The notes under the pieces are model-generated. The model was not told where the DNA came from. It did not search any database and was given only the letters and a program-made list of their open reading frames with translations. A stretch of 33,357 bases of DNA from Chloroflexota bacterium (lineage in GTDB: Bacteria; Chloroflexota; Limnocylindria; QHBO01): contig JANMPX010000206.1 in NCBI GenBank assembly GCA_031370085.1, positions 1 through 33,357 of the forward strand, written 5' to 3'. The first letter of the stretch is position 1. Each line of letters starts with the position of its first letter. The translations under genes were made by a program, and so were the position numbers. Positions 9,359 to 18,248 of the stretch are shown here, piece by piece.

Positions 9359-10132
9359 ATGTCGCTCGAGCCGATCCCGATCGCCGGCGCCGAGCCGCCG
9401 ATTGCCCTGGCGATCGCCCCGGGCGAGCCTTCGTTCGAGGTGCGCCTGCCGGTCTTCTCCGGCCCGCTGGGCCTGCTGCTGCACCTGATCGAGTCGCGGC
9501 AGCTGGAGATCCTGACCGTGCCGCTGGCCGAGGTGGCCGACGCGTATGTCGCGTACCTCGCAGCCAACTCGGTCGACGCAAAAGAGCTCTCTGAATTCGT
9601 GTCGATCGCCGCTCAGCTGATTCTGCTCAAATCCCGACGCATGCTCCCCGGGGAGCCGCTGCCATCATTGGCGGAGACGGACGACGAGACCGACGAAGAG
9701 GAGCTTCGGCGCCGCCTGGTCGAGTATCGCTCCCTGCGTGACGCGGCTCGCGCGCTCGGCGAGCTGGATTCGCTGGCGCCATTGGTCCGTCGTCAGCCTC
9801 GCCTTTCTGATCTGCCGGAGGTGCCAGGTCCCGTGCTCCATGTGGCACTGCTGGTGGAGGCCATGCGCCTGCTGTCGACGATCCCCGAGCCGGAGGAACC
9901 GGCCCCCGAGATCATGTCGCGTGAGATCACCATTGGCATGCAGATCACCGCGCTGCGGGCCGCTATGGCAGGCACCGGCCGCGTGGTGCTGCAGGAGCTG
10001 CTGGCGACCTGTCGGTCACGCACCGAGGCGACGGTCACGGTGCTGGCCACGCTGGAGCTGGTGCGGCGGCGCCAGATACGGGTCGAGCAGGATGAGCTGT
10101 TTGGACCGATCCTGATCGAGGTGATCAATTGA
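9359..10132 (+). CDS. scpA: Segregation and condensation protein A (kleisin)
   Basis: FSGPLGLLLHLI, AAQLILLKSRRMLP, LATLELVR...QDELFGPI. ATG 9359 follows the HD-gene stop. Confidence 0.93.
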   Translation: MSLEPIPIAGAEPPIALAIAPGEPSFEVRLPVFSGPLGLLLHLIESRQLEILTVPLAEVADAYVAYLAANSVDAKELSEFVSIAAQLILLKSRRMLPGEPLPSLAETDDETDEEELRRRLVEYRSLRDAARALGELDSLAPLVRRQPRLSDLPEVPGPVLHVALLVEAMRLLSTIPEPEEPAPEIMSREITIGMQITALRAAMAGTGRVVLQELLATCRSRTEATVTVLATLELVRRRQIRVEQDELFGPILIEVIN

Positions 10133-10644
10133 GCGTTGACGAGCTGCAAGTCTTCTTCGAGGCGCTTTTGTTCGTCGCCGAGCGGCCGTTGACCAGCGCC
10201 GAGATCGCGGAGCTCGGCGCCGTGCCGCGGCTGCAGGCGGAGGCCGGCCTGGCGGCCCTGGCCGAACAGATGATCGAAGACGGTCGCGGGTTGCGCCTCC
10301 AGCGCCACGACGACGCCTGGCAGATGGTCACCGCGCCCGAGGTCGGGGAGCGACTGGCCGCCTATGCCTCCCGCTCCGAGGCGCGGCTCACCCCCGCGGC
10401 GCTCGAGGCGCTGGCCGTGGTTGCCTACCGGCAGCCATGCACCCGCGGCGAGGTGGACCGCGTGCGTGGTGTCGATTCCGACTACGTCATGCGCTCGCTC
10501 CTGCATCGGCGCCTGATTCAGGAGGTCGGGCGGCGTGACACGCCCGGGCGACCAATCCTGTACGGCACCAGCTTTGCCTTCCTGGAGCGGTTCGGGCTCA
10601 CCTCGGTCGACGAGCTGCCTCACCTGGCGGCCGATGCCGGCTGA
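10129..10644 (+). CDS. scpB: Segregation and condensation protein B
   Basis: EALLFVAERPL, ALEALAVVAYRQPCTRGEVDRVRGVDS, GRPILYGT..FLERFGL. TTG start overlaps the scpA stop (TTGA). Confidence 0.95.
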   Translation: MSVDELQVFFEALLFVAERPLTSAEIAELGAVPRLQAEAGLAALAEQMIEDGRGLRLQRHDDAWQMVTAPEVGERLAAYASRSEARLTPAALEALAVVAYRQPCTRGEVDRVRGVDSDYVMRSLLHRRLIQEVGRRDTPGRPILYGTSFAFLERFGLTSVDELPHLAADAG

Positions 10645-12076
10645 GCGCATCCAGAAGCTGCTGGCCCGTGCGGGGGTCGCCTCACGGCGCGGTGGAGAGG
10701 CGCTCATCCAGGCCGGCCGCGTCACGGTCGACGGCCGCGTGGCCCTGCTTGGGGAGAGCGCCGACCCGGCCGCTCAGCGGATCGCGCTGGACGGTGTCCC
10801 GCTGGGCGATTCCCAGGCGGTCGTGCACTACGCGGTCCACAAGCCGCGCGGCTACCTGTCGTCGGCACAGGCGGAGCGCGGGCATCGGTCGGTGGTCGAG
10901 CTGGTGGCTCCGCATCGGGGATCGCGGCTCTGGCCGGCCGGTCGGCTCGACCTCGAGTCAGAAGGCCTGATGATCCTCACCAACGACGGTGCCTGGGCCA
11001 ACCGCGTGCTCCACCCGCGCTATGGGCTGGAGCGCGAATACGCCGTTCTGCTGGATGCGATGCCTTCCGACGGGGACCTGCAGACTCTCCTCGACGGTGT
11101 CGAGCTCGATGACGGTCCCGCCCGGCTGTTGGCGGCGGAACGACGCGCGCCGCCGCAGGAGCTGGCGCCTCCGGTCACGCCAGGTGGTGCGTGGCTGCGG
11201 ACCCGGGTGGGGGAGGGTCGCAAGCGCGAGGTGCGGCGCCTGTTTGCCACCGTGGGACGGCGGGTGGATCGGCTGGTTCGCACCCGGCTCGGACCGCTGA
11301 CCATCGACGGGCTTGCCGAAGGATCGTGGCGCTCCCTGGCGGCAGCGGAGGTCGAGGCTCTGGCCGGCAGGCGGCCGAAGGTCGTCACATCTTCTGCGCG
11401 ACGCGGGCCGTTGACGGTCGCCATCGACGGGCCGTCCGGCTCCGGCAAGAGCACCATTGGCCATGCGCTTGCGCAGCGCATCGGCGCGACCTTCGTCGAC
11501 ACCGGCCTGATGTACCGGGCGCTCACCCTTGCCGCGCTGGAACGCGGCGTCGATCCCGACGACGAGGCCGGGCTGGCCGGCCTGGCGCGAGCGGTGAGGA
11601 TCGAGGTCCGCAAGCCTCGCCGCGACCAGCCGGATCGTCGTGAAACGGTGCTGCTCGACCGGCAGGACGTGACCGATCAGGCCCGCACACCACGGATCGA
11701 CCGGGCTGTATCAGGCGTCAGCCGCCACGCAGCGGTTCGCGCGGCGATGCTCACCGTGCAGCGCGCGGCGGCGCGGCGGCACGACACGGTGATGGTCGGT
11801 CGTGACATCGGGACGGTGGTGCTGCCCGATGCGACGCTCAAGGTCTTCTTGACCGCCTCCGCCGCGGTGCGGGCGGGCCGGCGGGCATCGGAAATGGGGC
11901 GACCGGAGCGTGGCGATCGCTACCTGGCCGAGATCCTCGAACGCGACGCCGCCGACACGCAACGCCCGGTGGCCCCGCTGCGCAAGGCAAGTGGCGCGCT
12001 GGTCCTGGACACCGGCGAGGCCGATGTCGCAGCGTGCGTGGATGCCATCGTTGCGGCGTTGCCCGGCCACCGATGA
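10634..12076 (+). CDS. cmk: Fused pseudouridine synthase (RluB/RsuA family) - cytidylate kinase
   Basis: N-half: ERIQKLLARAGVASRR (S4), HKPRGY, GRLDLESEGL, EGRKREVRR. C-half: IDGPSGSGKST, DTGLMYRA, GRDIGTVVLPDA, RDAAD. One uninterrupted frame. Confidence 0.92.
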   Translation: MPAERIQKLLARAGVASRRGGEALIQAGRVTVDGRVALLGESADPAAQRIALDGVPLGDSQAVVHYAVHKPRGYLSSAQAERGHRSVVELVAPHRGSRLWPAGRLDLESEGLMILTNDGAWANRVLHPRYGLEREYAVLLDAMPSDGDLQTLLDGVELDDGPARLLAAERRAPPQELAPPVTPGGAWLRTRVGEGRKREVRRLFATVGRRVDRLVRTRLGPLTIDGLAEGSWRSLAAAEVEALAGRRPKVVTSSARRGPLTVAIDGPSGSGKSTIGHALAQRIGATFVDTGLMYRALTLAALERGVDPDDEAGLAGLARAVRIEVRKPRRDQPDRRETVLLDRQDVTDQARTPRIDRAVSGVSRHAAVRAAMLTVQRAAARRHDTVMVGRDIGTVVLPDATLKVFLTASAAVRAGRRASEMGRPERGDRYLAEILERDAADTQRPVAPLRKASGALVLDTGEADVAACVDAIVAALPGHR

Positions 12077-12747
12077 GCACCTGGTTCTTCCACCCCGGCT
12101 CGATCATGACCAACTGGCTCAAGTGGCTGCTGGGCGGCGGCCGGGTCGAGGGGCTCGAGCACGTGCCACGCAGCGGGCCGTACATCATGGTCGCCAACCA
12201 CTGTTCGAACCTCGACCCGCCGTTCATCGGCGCGGCGGTCGGACATTCGACCGGCCGGGTGATCTACTTCATGGCCAAGGAAGAGATTCGACACTGGCCG
12301 CTGGTCGGCTGGCTTGCCCGCTCGTCGGGCGTCTTCTTCGTGCGACGCGGCGAGGGCGATCGTGCCGCTCAGCGGATGGCGCTCGCCCACCTGGCCGTCG
12401 GCCGCCCGATCGGCATCTTTCCGGAGGGGACACGCTCGAGGGACGGGCAGCTGCGTGAGGCGAAGTCGGGGGTGGCGCTGCTGGCCATCCGCAGCGGCGT
12501 CCCGCTGCTGCCGGTCGGCATCAGCGGCAGCGGCAGGATCTTCCCCGGTCGCAGCCGCTGGCCGCATCGGACACGAGTGGATATCCGCATCGGCGAGCCG
12601 TTCTCGCTGCCGGCCCAGCCGGAAGGGCGTCTCGACCGCATAGAGCTCGAGCGCGGGACCGAGCGGATCATGCGCGAGATCGCAAAGCTGCTGCCGGATG
12701 CCCAAATCGGCCGATATCGGGCGGGGCCGATAGAATCGGAGCGATGA
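12073..12747 (+). CDS. plsC: 1-acyl-sn-glycerol-3-phosphate acyltransferase
   Basis: NHCSNLD (HxxxxD), FMAKEE, FPEGTRS; ATGA overlap with cmk. Confidence 0.9.
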   Translation: MSTWFFHPGSIMTNWLKWLLGGGRVEGLEHVPRSGPYIMVANHCSNLDPPFIGAAVGHSTGRVIYFMAKEEIRHWPLVGWLARSSGVFFVRRGEGDRAAQRMALAHLAVGRPIGIFPEGTRSRDGQLREAKSGVALLAIRSGVPLLPVGISGSGRIFPGRSRWPHRTRVDIRIGEPFSLPAQPEGRLDRIELERGTERIMREIAKLLPDAQIGRYRAGPIESER

Positions 12748-13622
12748 CCACCGCCATCCGAGCCCGTCCCGAGGTCCGCATCGCCGAGCGGGCCGGCTTC
12801 TGCTACGGCGTGCGCCTGGCGATCGACAAGGCCAAACACGCCCGAGACGAGGGCAAGGAGGTCACCACCCTCGGCCAGCTGGTCCACAACCCGGGGATCA
12901 AGGCCGACCTGTCGGACCGTGGCATCAAGACCGCCGACCTGGCCGACCAGGTCGAGGGTGGCACGCTGGTGATCCGCGCCCACGGCGTCCCCGCCACCGA
13001 CCTGGACAAGGTGCGCGGCAAGCCTCACTTGGAGGTGATCGATGCCACGTGCACCTGGGTCCTCCAGTCACAGAAGGCGGCCAGAGAGCTGGCGGAGGCA
13101 GGCTACACGGTCTGCATCATCGGTCACGAGGACCATCCCGAGGTCAAGGGTGTGCGCTCGTACGCGGGTGACCGGCACGTCGTCGTCGATGACATGGACC
13201 GATCCACGTGGGACCGCGTGCCGTACACCAAGAAGATCGGCGTGCTCAGCCAGTCAACCATCCTGCCCTTCAAGCTCGAGGAATTCGCCGCCTTCTGCCT
13301 GCGCCGTTGCCACGACCTGCGGGTGGTCAATACCGTCTGCCCGGTGACCCTCACTCGCCAGTCGGATTCGGTCGACCTGGCCAGGGAGGTCGACGGCATG
13401 ATCGTGGTCGGCGGCAAGAACAGCTCCAACACTAAGGAGCTGGCGGTGAAGTGCGCGGAGGTCTGCGCCCAGACCATCCATGTCGCCGATGCCGATGAGC
13501 TCGAAGCGGACTTCGCGGCGTGGCTGGCCGGCAAGGCCAGGATCGGGATCACCGGGGGCACCTCCACCCCCGAGGTCGACCTCGAGGCGGTACGCGATCG
13601 AATCTACGCGCTGACCGGCTAA
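12744..13622 (+). CDS. ispH: 4-hydroxy-3-methylbut-2-enyl diphosphate reductase
   Basis: GFCYGV, LVHN, IRAHG, DATC, GHEDHPEV, NTVC, GGKNSSNT, GGTSTP; three Fe-S cysteines. Confidence 0.95.
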   Translation: MTTAIRARPEVRIAERAGFCYGVRLAIDKAKHARDEGKEVTTLGQLVHNPGIKADLSDRGIKTADLADQVEGGTLVIRAHGVPATDLDKVRGKPHLEVIDATCTWVLQSQKAARELAEAGYTVCIIGHEDHPEVKGVRSYAGDRHVVVDDMDRSTWDRVPYTKKIGVLSQSTILPFKLEEFAAFCLRRCHDLRVVNTVCPVTLTRQSDSVDLAREVDGMIVVGGKNSSNTKELAVKCAEVCAQTIHVADADELEADFAAWLAGKARIGITGGTSTPEVDLEAVRDRIYALTG

Positions 13623-13651
13623 GTCGCCGGGCCGGATGGCCGGCTGCGTGG

Positions 13652-13681
13652 GCCCGCCGATGCCCGCCGATGCCCGCCGAT
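13652..13681. repeat. Tandem repeat (GCCCGCCGAT) x3
   Basis: Three exact 10-mer copies read directly. The last copy is the start of the dispersed element below. Confidence 0.9.
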
Positions 13682-13833
13682 CCGTAATTCTCACCCCTGG
13701 AGGCCTACGGCGAAGAAGCGGCGGCCCGGAGACCTTTCCGCGGGCCTGCCTCTCAGTCTGTGAGAATTACGCTCCGTGGGGCCGCGGATGAGCTCACCGG
13801 CTTGCCATAAGCCCCCGCAGCAGAGAAACAACG
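13672..13833. repeat. Dispersed palindromic (REP/MITE-like) element, copy 1
   Basis: Perfect 12-bp inverted repeat CGTAATTCTCAC (13683-13694) / GTGAGAATTACG (13760-13771). Shares ordered blocks with 15245-15404. Confidence 0.8.
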
Positions 13834-13945
13834 CTAAGACGGCGATGGCCAGGCGAGGAGAACGCCGCCGGCAGGATCTAGCATCACCACCCGGGATGCC
13901 ATGCGTGTCCGCACTTGGGGCGCTGCGCGGCGTCGCGTTCCCGGC

Positions 13946-15199
13946 TCACTGAGCCAGGCCATTCGGCTCCACCAGTCGTCGCAGCCGTCGGCGCAGGACC
14001 TTGTACGAGAGGCGCCGTCGCGCGATGTCGTAGTTGCGCCGCGCCCGCAGACCCTGGCGCTGCGGGTTGGCCAGCACGCTGCGCACGGTCGCTACGGTCT
14101 CATCGGTGATCTGCCCGTCGATCTCGATGAGTTCCAGGCCGAGCGGCGCGATGTCGGCCACGTACACCGGATAGCGGTTCACCACCACCGGCCGGCCGTA
14201 GAAGACGGCCTCGAGCAGCGCGTTGCCGTAGCCCTCGTACAGGCTCGGATAGGTGACCAGATCGGCCGCCAGGTAGGCGTCATGCAGGGTATGTGCCGGC
14301 CCGAGGCGCTTGCCCTCCAGGTCCGGCTCGAAGCGATCCGCGGCGTAGGAGAGGCGCACGCCGGCGCGCTCCGCCTGCCGCTCGAGCTCGACGAGGTAGT
14401 CGAGCCCCTCGTCGCCGGCAGGGCTGGTGATGAGCAGCACCGCGTCGGGATCCCCGAGTCGCCCGAGCAGCTCGATTGCAAGCTCGATGCCCTTGCGCGG
14501 CACCACCCGTGTCGGCTGGACCACGAGCAGGCCACGGTCACCCATCCCCAGCTCGGCGCGCATCCGGCGCCGCATGGCGGGGTGCGGGCGCGGCCGCGGG
14601 CGCTCAAAGTCGAACACGTTGGGCACCACCATCGAGTCGAGGCCGCGCCTGGCACGCAGCTGGGCGGCCGCCAGGCTGTTGATGCTCACGTGGCGGACGT
14701 TGGGCAGGTCGGGGGGAAACGCCTCGTCGAGGAGCTCGGGCACCACGCAGCCCCTGAAGCGATCCCGCTCCCACCAGTAGTCGTGGTGGTGGCCGATGGT
14801 CGGGATTCCGCGTCGCTCCACCGTTCGTCGCAGCGCAAGCGCCAGCGGCAAGTGCATCGGGATGGCCCATGCGTTTTCGACGATGAGCTGCTCGAGATGT
14901 TCGGACTCGATCCAGTTGTTGAGCACCGGAATCAGCAGGTCGGCGAGGCGCTCGATCTCCGCCCGGACAGCTGTCGCGTCGCTGTCAGGGTCGAAGGCTG
15001 CGGCCGTGACACGGGCTGCCGGCGGCCACGAGAAGTGCATCGGCGGCACCAGGCGAGCGCTGGCGCGCAGCGCGTCCACCTCGCCGGCGCAGAGGCGGAT
15101 CTCGTGGCCCATGCGCTCGAGCGCGATCTCCCACTTGGAGGTCTCAAAGGTCACGCCGTCGACTCCGGCGAGGCGGGTCGACACAATCCCGATACGCAT
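13946..15199 (-). CDS. Glycosyltransferase family 4 (GT-B fold); resembles compatible-solute mannosylglucosylglycerate-pathway enzymes
   Basis: STRLAGVDGVTFETSKW N-terminus, QPTRVVPRKGIE, YPSLYEGYGNALLEA (E-x7-E). TAGCAT -10 lies 7 nt upstream on the minus strand. The specific substrate is uncertain. Confidence 0.88.
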   Translation of the reverse strand: MRIGIVSTRLAGVDGVTFETSKWEIALERMGHEIRLCAGEVDALRASARLVPPMHFSWPPAARVTAAAFDPDSDATAVRAEIERLADLLIPVLNNWIESEHLEQLIVENAWAIPMHLPLALALRRTVERRGIPTIGHHHDYWWERDRFRGCVVPELLDEAFPPDLPNVRHVSINSLAAAQLRARRGLDSMVVPNVFDFERPRPRPHPAMRRRMRAELGMGDRGLLVVQPTRVVPRKGIELAIELLGRLGDPDAVLLITSPAGDEGLDYLVELERQAERAGVRLSYAADRFEPDLEGKRLGPAHTLHDAYLAADLVTYPSLYEGYGNALLEAVFYGRPVVVNRYPVYVADIAPLGLELIEIDGQITDETVATVRSVLANPQRQGLRARRNYDIARRRLSYKVLRRRLRRLVEPNGLAQ

Positions 15200-15244
15200 C
15201 GCGCCGATGCTAGCCGGGACTCGAGGACACCGATGCCTACTGCC

Positions 15245-15404
15245 GCCCGCCGATCGACATTTCTCACCCTCGGAGGCTTATGCCGAAGGCGCGGTCGTCA
15301 CCGACCTCTTCGACAGCCTGCCTCTCAACCTGTGAGAAGAATGCTCCTGTGGGCCGCGGATCAGCCCACTTGCGTCCCATAGCCCCCGCAGCAGAAAAAT
15401 GACG
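15245..15404. repeat. Dispersed palindromic (REP/MITE-like) element, copy 2
   Basis: GCCCGCCGATC..TTCTCACC..GGAGGC..GCCTGCCTCTCA..CTGTGAGAA..GGGCCGCGGAT..AGCCCCCGCAGCAGA, in the same order and orientation as copy 1. Confidence 0.8.
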
Positions 15405-15448
15405 GCCAGTCGCCCGCGAATCGACAGGACGCCACCAATCGCGCTGAC

Positions 15449-15490
15449 GCGAGCCGCGAGCCGCGAGCCACGAGCCGCGAGCTTCGAGCC
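15449..15490. repeat. Heptamer tandem repeat (GCGAGCC) x6
   Basis: gcgagcc gcgagcc gcgagcc acgagcc gcgagct tcgagcc, ending 10 nt before the der -10 element. Confidence 0.9.
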
Positions 15491-15500
15491 CGCTGAAGGC

Positions 15501-15506
15501 TACACT
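15501..15506 (+). promoter_or_regulatory. -10 element (TACACT) for probable leaderless der transcript
   Basis: GGCTACACT + 6 nt + ATG 15513; no Shine-Dalgarno. Confidence 0.65.
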
Positions 15507-15512
15507 CGGCGC

Positions 15513-16964
15513 ATGGCCTCCCTTCCCGTCGTCGCTATCGTCGGCCGCCCGAACGTGGGCAAATCGACACTCTTCAACCGCCTCGTCGGCCAGCGCGTCG
15601 CGATCGTCGAGGACATTCCCGGCACCACGCGCGACCGCGTGTACGGCATCGGCGAGTGGAACGGACGGCGTTTCACGCTGGTTGACACCGGCGGCCTTGA
15701 GCTCGAGCCGGGGAGCGATCTGGAGTCGCGCGTGCAGGACCAGGCTCGCGTGGCGATCGAGGAGGCGGAGCTCGTCCTGTTTGTGGTCGACGCCGCCATC
15801 GGGCTGGCTCCCCTGGACCACGAGGTGGCAGACCGTCTGCGCCGCGCCGGGAAGCCCACCATTCTGGTCATCAACAAGGCTGACAACCCGCGTCGCGAGC
15901 TCGAAGGCGCCGAGTTCTACGCCCTTGGATTCGAGCCGACGATCACCGTCTCGGCACAGCACGGCCGCAGTACCGGCGACCTGGCCGATCTGCTGGTCGA
16001 GATGTTGCCCCCCGCGCAGGCGGGGGAGGCGGAACCGGAGGCATCGGTCTATGACGACCGCGACCTGGCCGAAGGCGACCTCCAGGAGCTGGCCGAGACA
16101 GAGATGGGACCGCCCCGCGTGGCAGTCGTCGGTCGTCCCAACACCGGCAAGAGCACCTTTGTCAACCGCGTGCTGGGAGAGGACCGCATGATCGTCTCGA
16201 GCCTTCCCGGCACCACACGCGACCCGGTCGACTCCGCGGTGCTGGTCGACGGCGAGCCGATGATCCTGGTCGACACGGCGGGCATTCGGCGGCGTGGCTC
16301 GATCGACCAGGGGATCGAGCGCTACAGCGTGCTGCGGGCGATGAAGGCGATCGAGCGGGCCGATGTGGCGGTGGTGATGACCGATGCGGTGGAGGGCTAC
16401 ACCGCGCAGGACGCCCACGTGGTGGGACACGTGCTGGAGGCGTTCAAGGGGATCGTGCTGGTCATCAACAAGTGGGACGCCCTGGAAAAGGACGGCCATA
16501 CCGCTGACGAGTGGCTGCACAAGCTGCGCCGCGAGGCGCCATACCTGGCCTGGGCCGATATCGTGTTCGCCTCGGCACAGACCGGGCAGCGCGTCGATCG
16601 CATTCTGCGCGAGGCGCGCCGGGTCGCTGAGGAGCGATATCGACGAGTCTCGACCGGTGAGCTCAACCGGCTGATCAGCGAAGCGGTCCGCGAGCATCCG
16701 CCGGCCCACGTCCGCAACCGGCTGCCGAAGGTGCTCTACGCCACCCAGGTCGCGGTGGCGCCGCCGACCTTCGTGATCTTCGTCAACGACCCCGAGCTGA
16801 TCCACTTCAGCTACCGGCGCTACCTCGAGAACCGGATCCGGGCCGAATACGGGTTCCTCGGCACGCCGATCAAGCTCATCTTCCGGCAGCGGGTCTCGGA
16901 GGAGGCGGCCCGTCGTCCAACGCGTCCGCGGCGCGCCTCGCGGACCTCCCGCGCCCGCCGTTAG
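15513..16964 (+). CDS. der: Ribosome biogenesis GTPase Der (EngA)
   Basis: Two G domains (GRPNVGKS/DTGG/NKAD and GRPNTGKS/DTAG/NKWD) plus C-terminal PPTFVIFVN..YRRYLEN KH-like domain. Confidence 0.97.
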   Translation: MASLPVVAIVGRPNVGKSTLFNRLVGQRVAIVEDIPGTTRDRVYGIGEWNGRRFTLVDTGGLELEPGSDLESRVQDQARVAIEEAELVLFVVDAAIGLAPLDHEVADRLRRAGKPTILVINKADNPRRELEGAEFYALGFEPTITVSAQHGRSTGDLADLLVEMLPPAQAGEAEPEASVYDDRDLAEGDLQELAETEMGPPRVAVVGRPNTGKSTFVNRVLGEDRMIVSSLPGTTRDPVDSAVLVDGEPMILVDTAGIRRRGSIDQGIERYSVLRAMKAIERADVAVVMTDAVEGYTAQDAHVVGHVLEAFKGIVLVINKWDALEKDGHTADEWLHKLRREAPYLAWADIVFASAQTGQRVDRILREARRVAEERYRRVSTGELNRLISEAVREHPPAHVRNRLPKVLYATQVAVAPPTFVIFVNDPELIHFSYRRYLENRIRAEYGFLGTPIKLIFRQRVSEEAARRPTRPRRASRTSRARR

Positions 16965-17009
16965 AACCTGCCGCTACCCGTTTCGGCGACGGCTGCTATC
17001 GTGGCCCCC

Positions 17010-18248
17010 GTGACAACACCGGCCATGGCGACCCCGCGGATCCTGCTGTACACCGGCAAGGGAGGCGTGGGCAAGACGAGCATTGCCGCTGCCACCGCGC
17101 TGAACTGTGCGGCGCGCGGCTACCGCACGATCGTCCTCTCCACCGACCTCGCTCACAGCCTGGGTGACGCGTTCGGCATCGAGCTGGGCCCCGAGCCGCG
17201 CCAGATCGCCCCCAACCTGTGGGGCCAGGAATCGGATGCCTATTACAACGTGGCGCGGTATTGGGGCCGCATCCAGGGCTACGCGGCCAGCCTGCTGCGC
17301 TGGCGCGGGTTGGATGAGGTGCTGGCCGAGGAGATGACGGTGCTGCCGGGGATGGACGAGGTCGGCAGCCTGCTGTGGATCGCCGAGCACCACGATTCGG
17401 GAAAATACGACGTCATCGTGGTCGACGCTGCTCCGACCGGCGAGACGCTGCGCCTGCTGTCCCTGCCGGAGGCGGCCAAGTGGTGGATGGAGAAGATCGA
17501 GCCGATCGGGCGGCGCATCAGCAAGCTGACCGGGCCCCTGATTCAGCGGGTGGTGGGCATGCCGATGCCCGGCGGCGATGTGTTCGATGCGGGCGAGGAC
17601 CTCTTCCGCCGCCTGGACCATATGCACGAGCTGCTGGCCGATCCCGACAAGTCCTCGGTGCGAGTGGTGCTGACCCTCGAGCAGGTCGTCATCAAGGAGG
17701 CCCAGCGGTCGTTCACCTACTTCCACCTGTACGGCTATCCGACCGACCTGGTGATCACCAACCGGATCCTGCCCGACGACGTGAAGTGGCTCTTCTTCAA
17801 AGGCTGGTACGACGCGCAACAGCGCAACGCACCGTTGGTCGAGGAGGCATTCAGCCCGATCCCAGTGCTCAAGGCACCTTTCTTCGACCGCGAAGTGGTG
17901 GGCATCGCGCTCCTCACCGAGCTTGGCGAGCGCCTGTACGGCGAGACCGACCCGACGACCCATTTCTACCGCGGCCGCCCCTACTCGGTGGTGCGCGATG
18001 GCGGAGACTACGTCATGTCGGTGGAGCTGCCGTTCGCGATGAAGGAGGCGATCAAGCTCTCGCGCCATGCGGACGAGATCGTGATCGAGGTTGGCACATG
18101 GCGGCGCAACCTCGTCTTGCCGCGAGCCCTTGTCGAGGCACCGACCCTTGGCGCAAAGTTCGATGACCACGTCCTGAAGGTTCGATTCTTGGCTCCACCG
18201 CGGCCCCCACCTAGAGGCAAGAAACATGAGCGACAAGACAACCACTGA
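17010..18248 (+). CDS. ArsA/Get3-family ATPase with C-terminal HSP20 (alpha-crystallin)-like domain
   Basis: GKGGVGKT, STDLAHSL, PGMDE, DAAPTGETLRLL; beta-rich tail (VELPFA..EIVIEVGTWRRNLVLPRAL..GAKFDDHVLKVRF). GTG 17010 lies 7 nt after TGCTATCGT; 17001 and 17025 are alternative starts. Confidence 0.88.
   Translation: MTTPAMATPRILLYTGKGGVGKTSIAAATALNCAARGYRTIVLSTDLAHSLGDAFGIELGPEPRQIAPNLWGQESDAYYNVARYWGRIQGYAASLLRWRGLDEVLAEEMTVLPGMDEVGSLLWIAEHHDSGKYDVIVVDAAPTGETLRLLSLPEAAKWWMEKIEPIGRRISKLTGPLIQRVVGMPMPGGDVFDAGEDLFRRLDHMHELLADPDKSSVRVVLTLEQVVIKEAQRSFTYFHLYGYPTDLVITNRILPDDVKWLFFKGWYDAQQRNAPLVEEAFSPIPVLKAPFFDREVVGIALLTELGERLYGETDPTTHFYRGRPYSVVRDGGDYVMSVELPFAMKEAIKLSRHADEIVIEVGTWRRNLVLPRALVEAPTLGAKFDDHVLKVRFLAPPRPPPRGKKHERQDNH

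Noticed and set aside
13652-15490. Repeats as a CRISPR array
   Set aside because: No regularly spaced identical 23-47-nt repeats with unique spacers, and no cas genes.
17010-18248. Arsenite-efflux ATPase ArsA
   Set aside because: Single ATPase domain, lacks the metalloid-binding cysteines, has an HSP20-like tail, and no arsB/acr3/arsD/arsR nearby.
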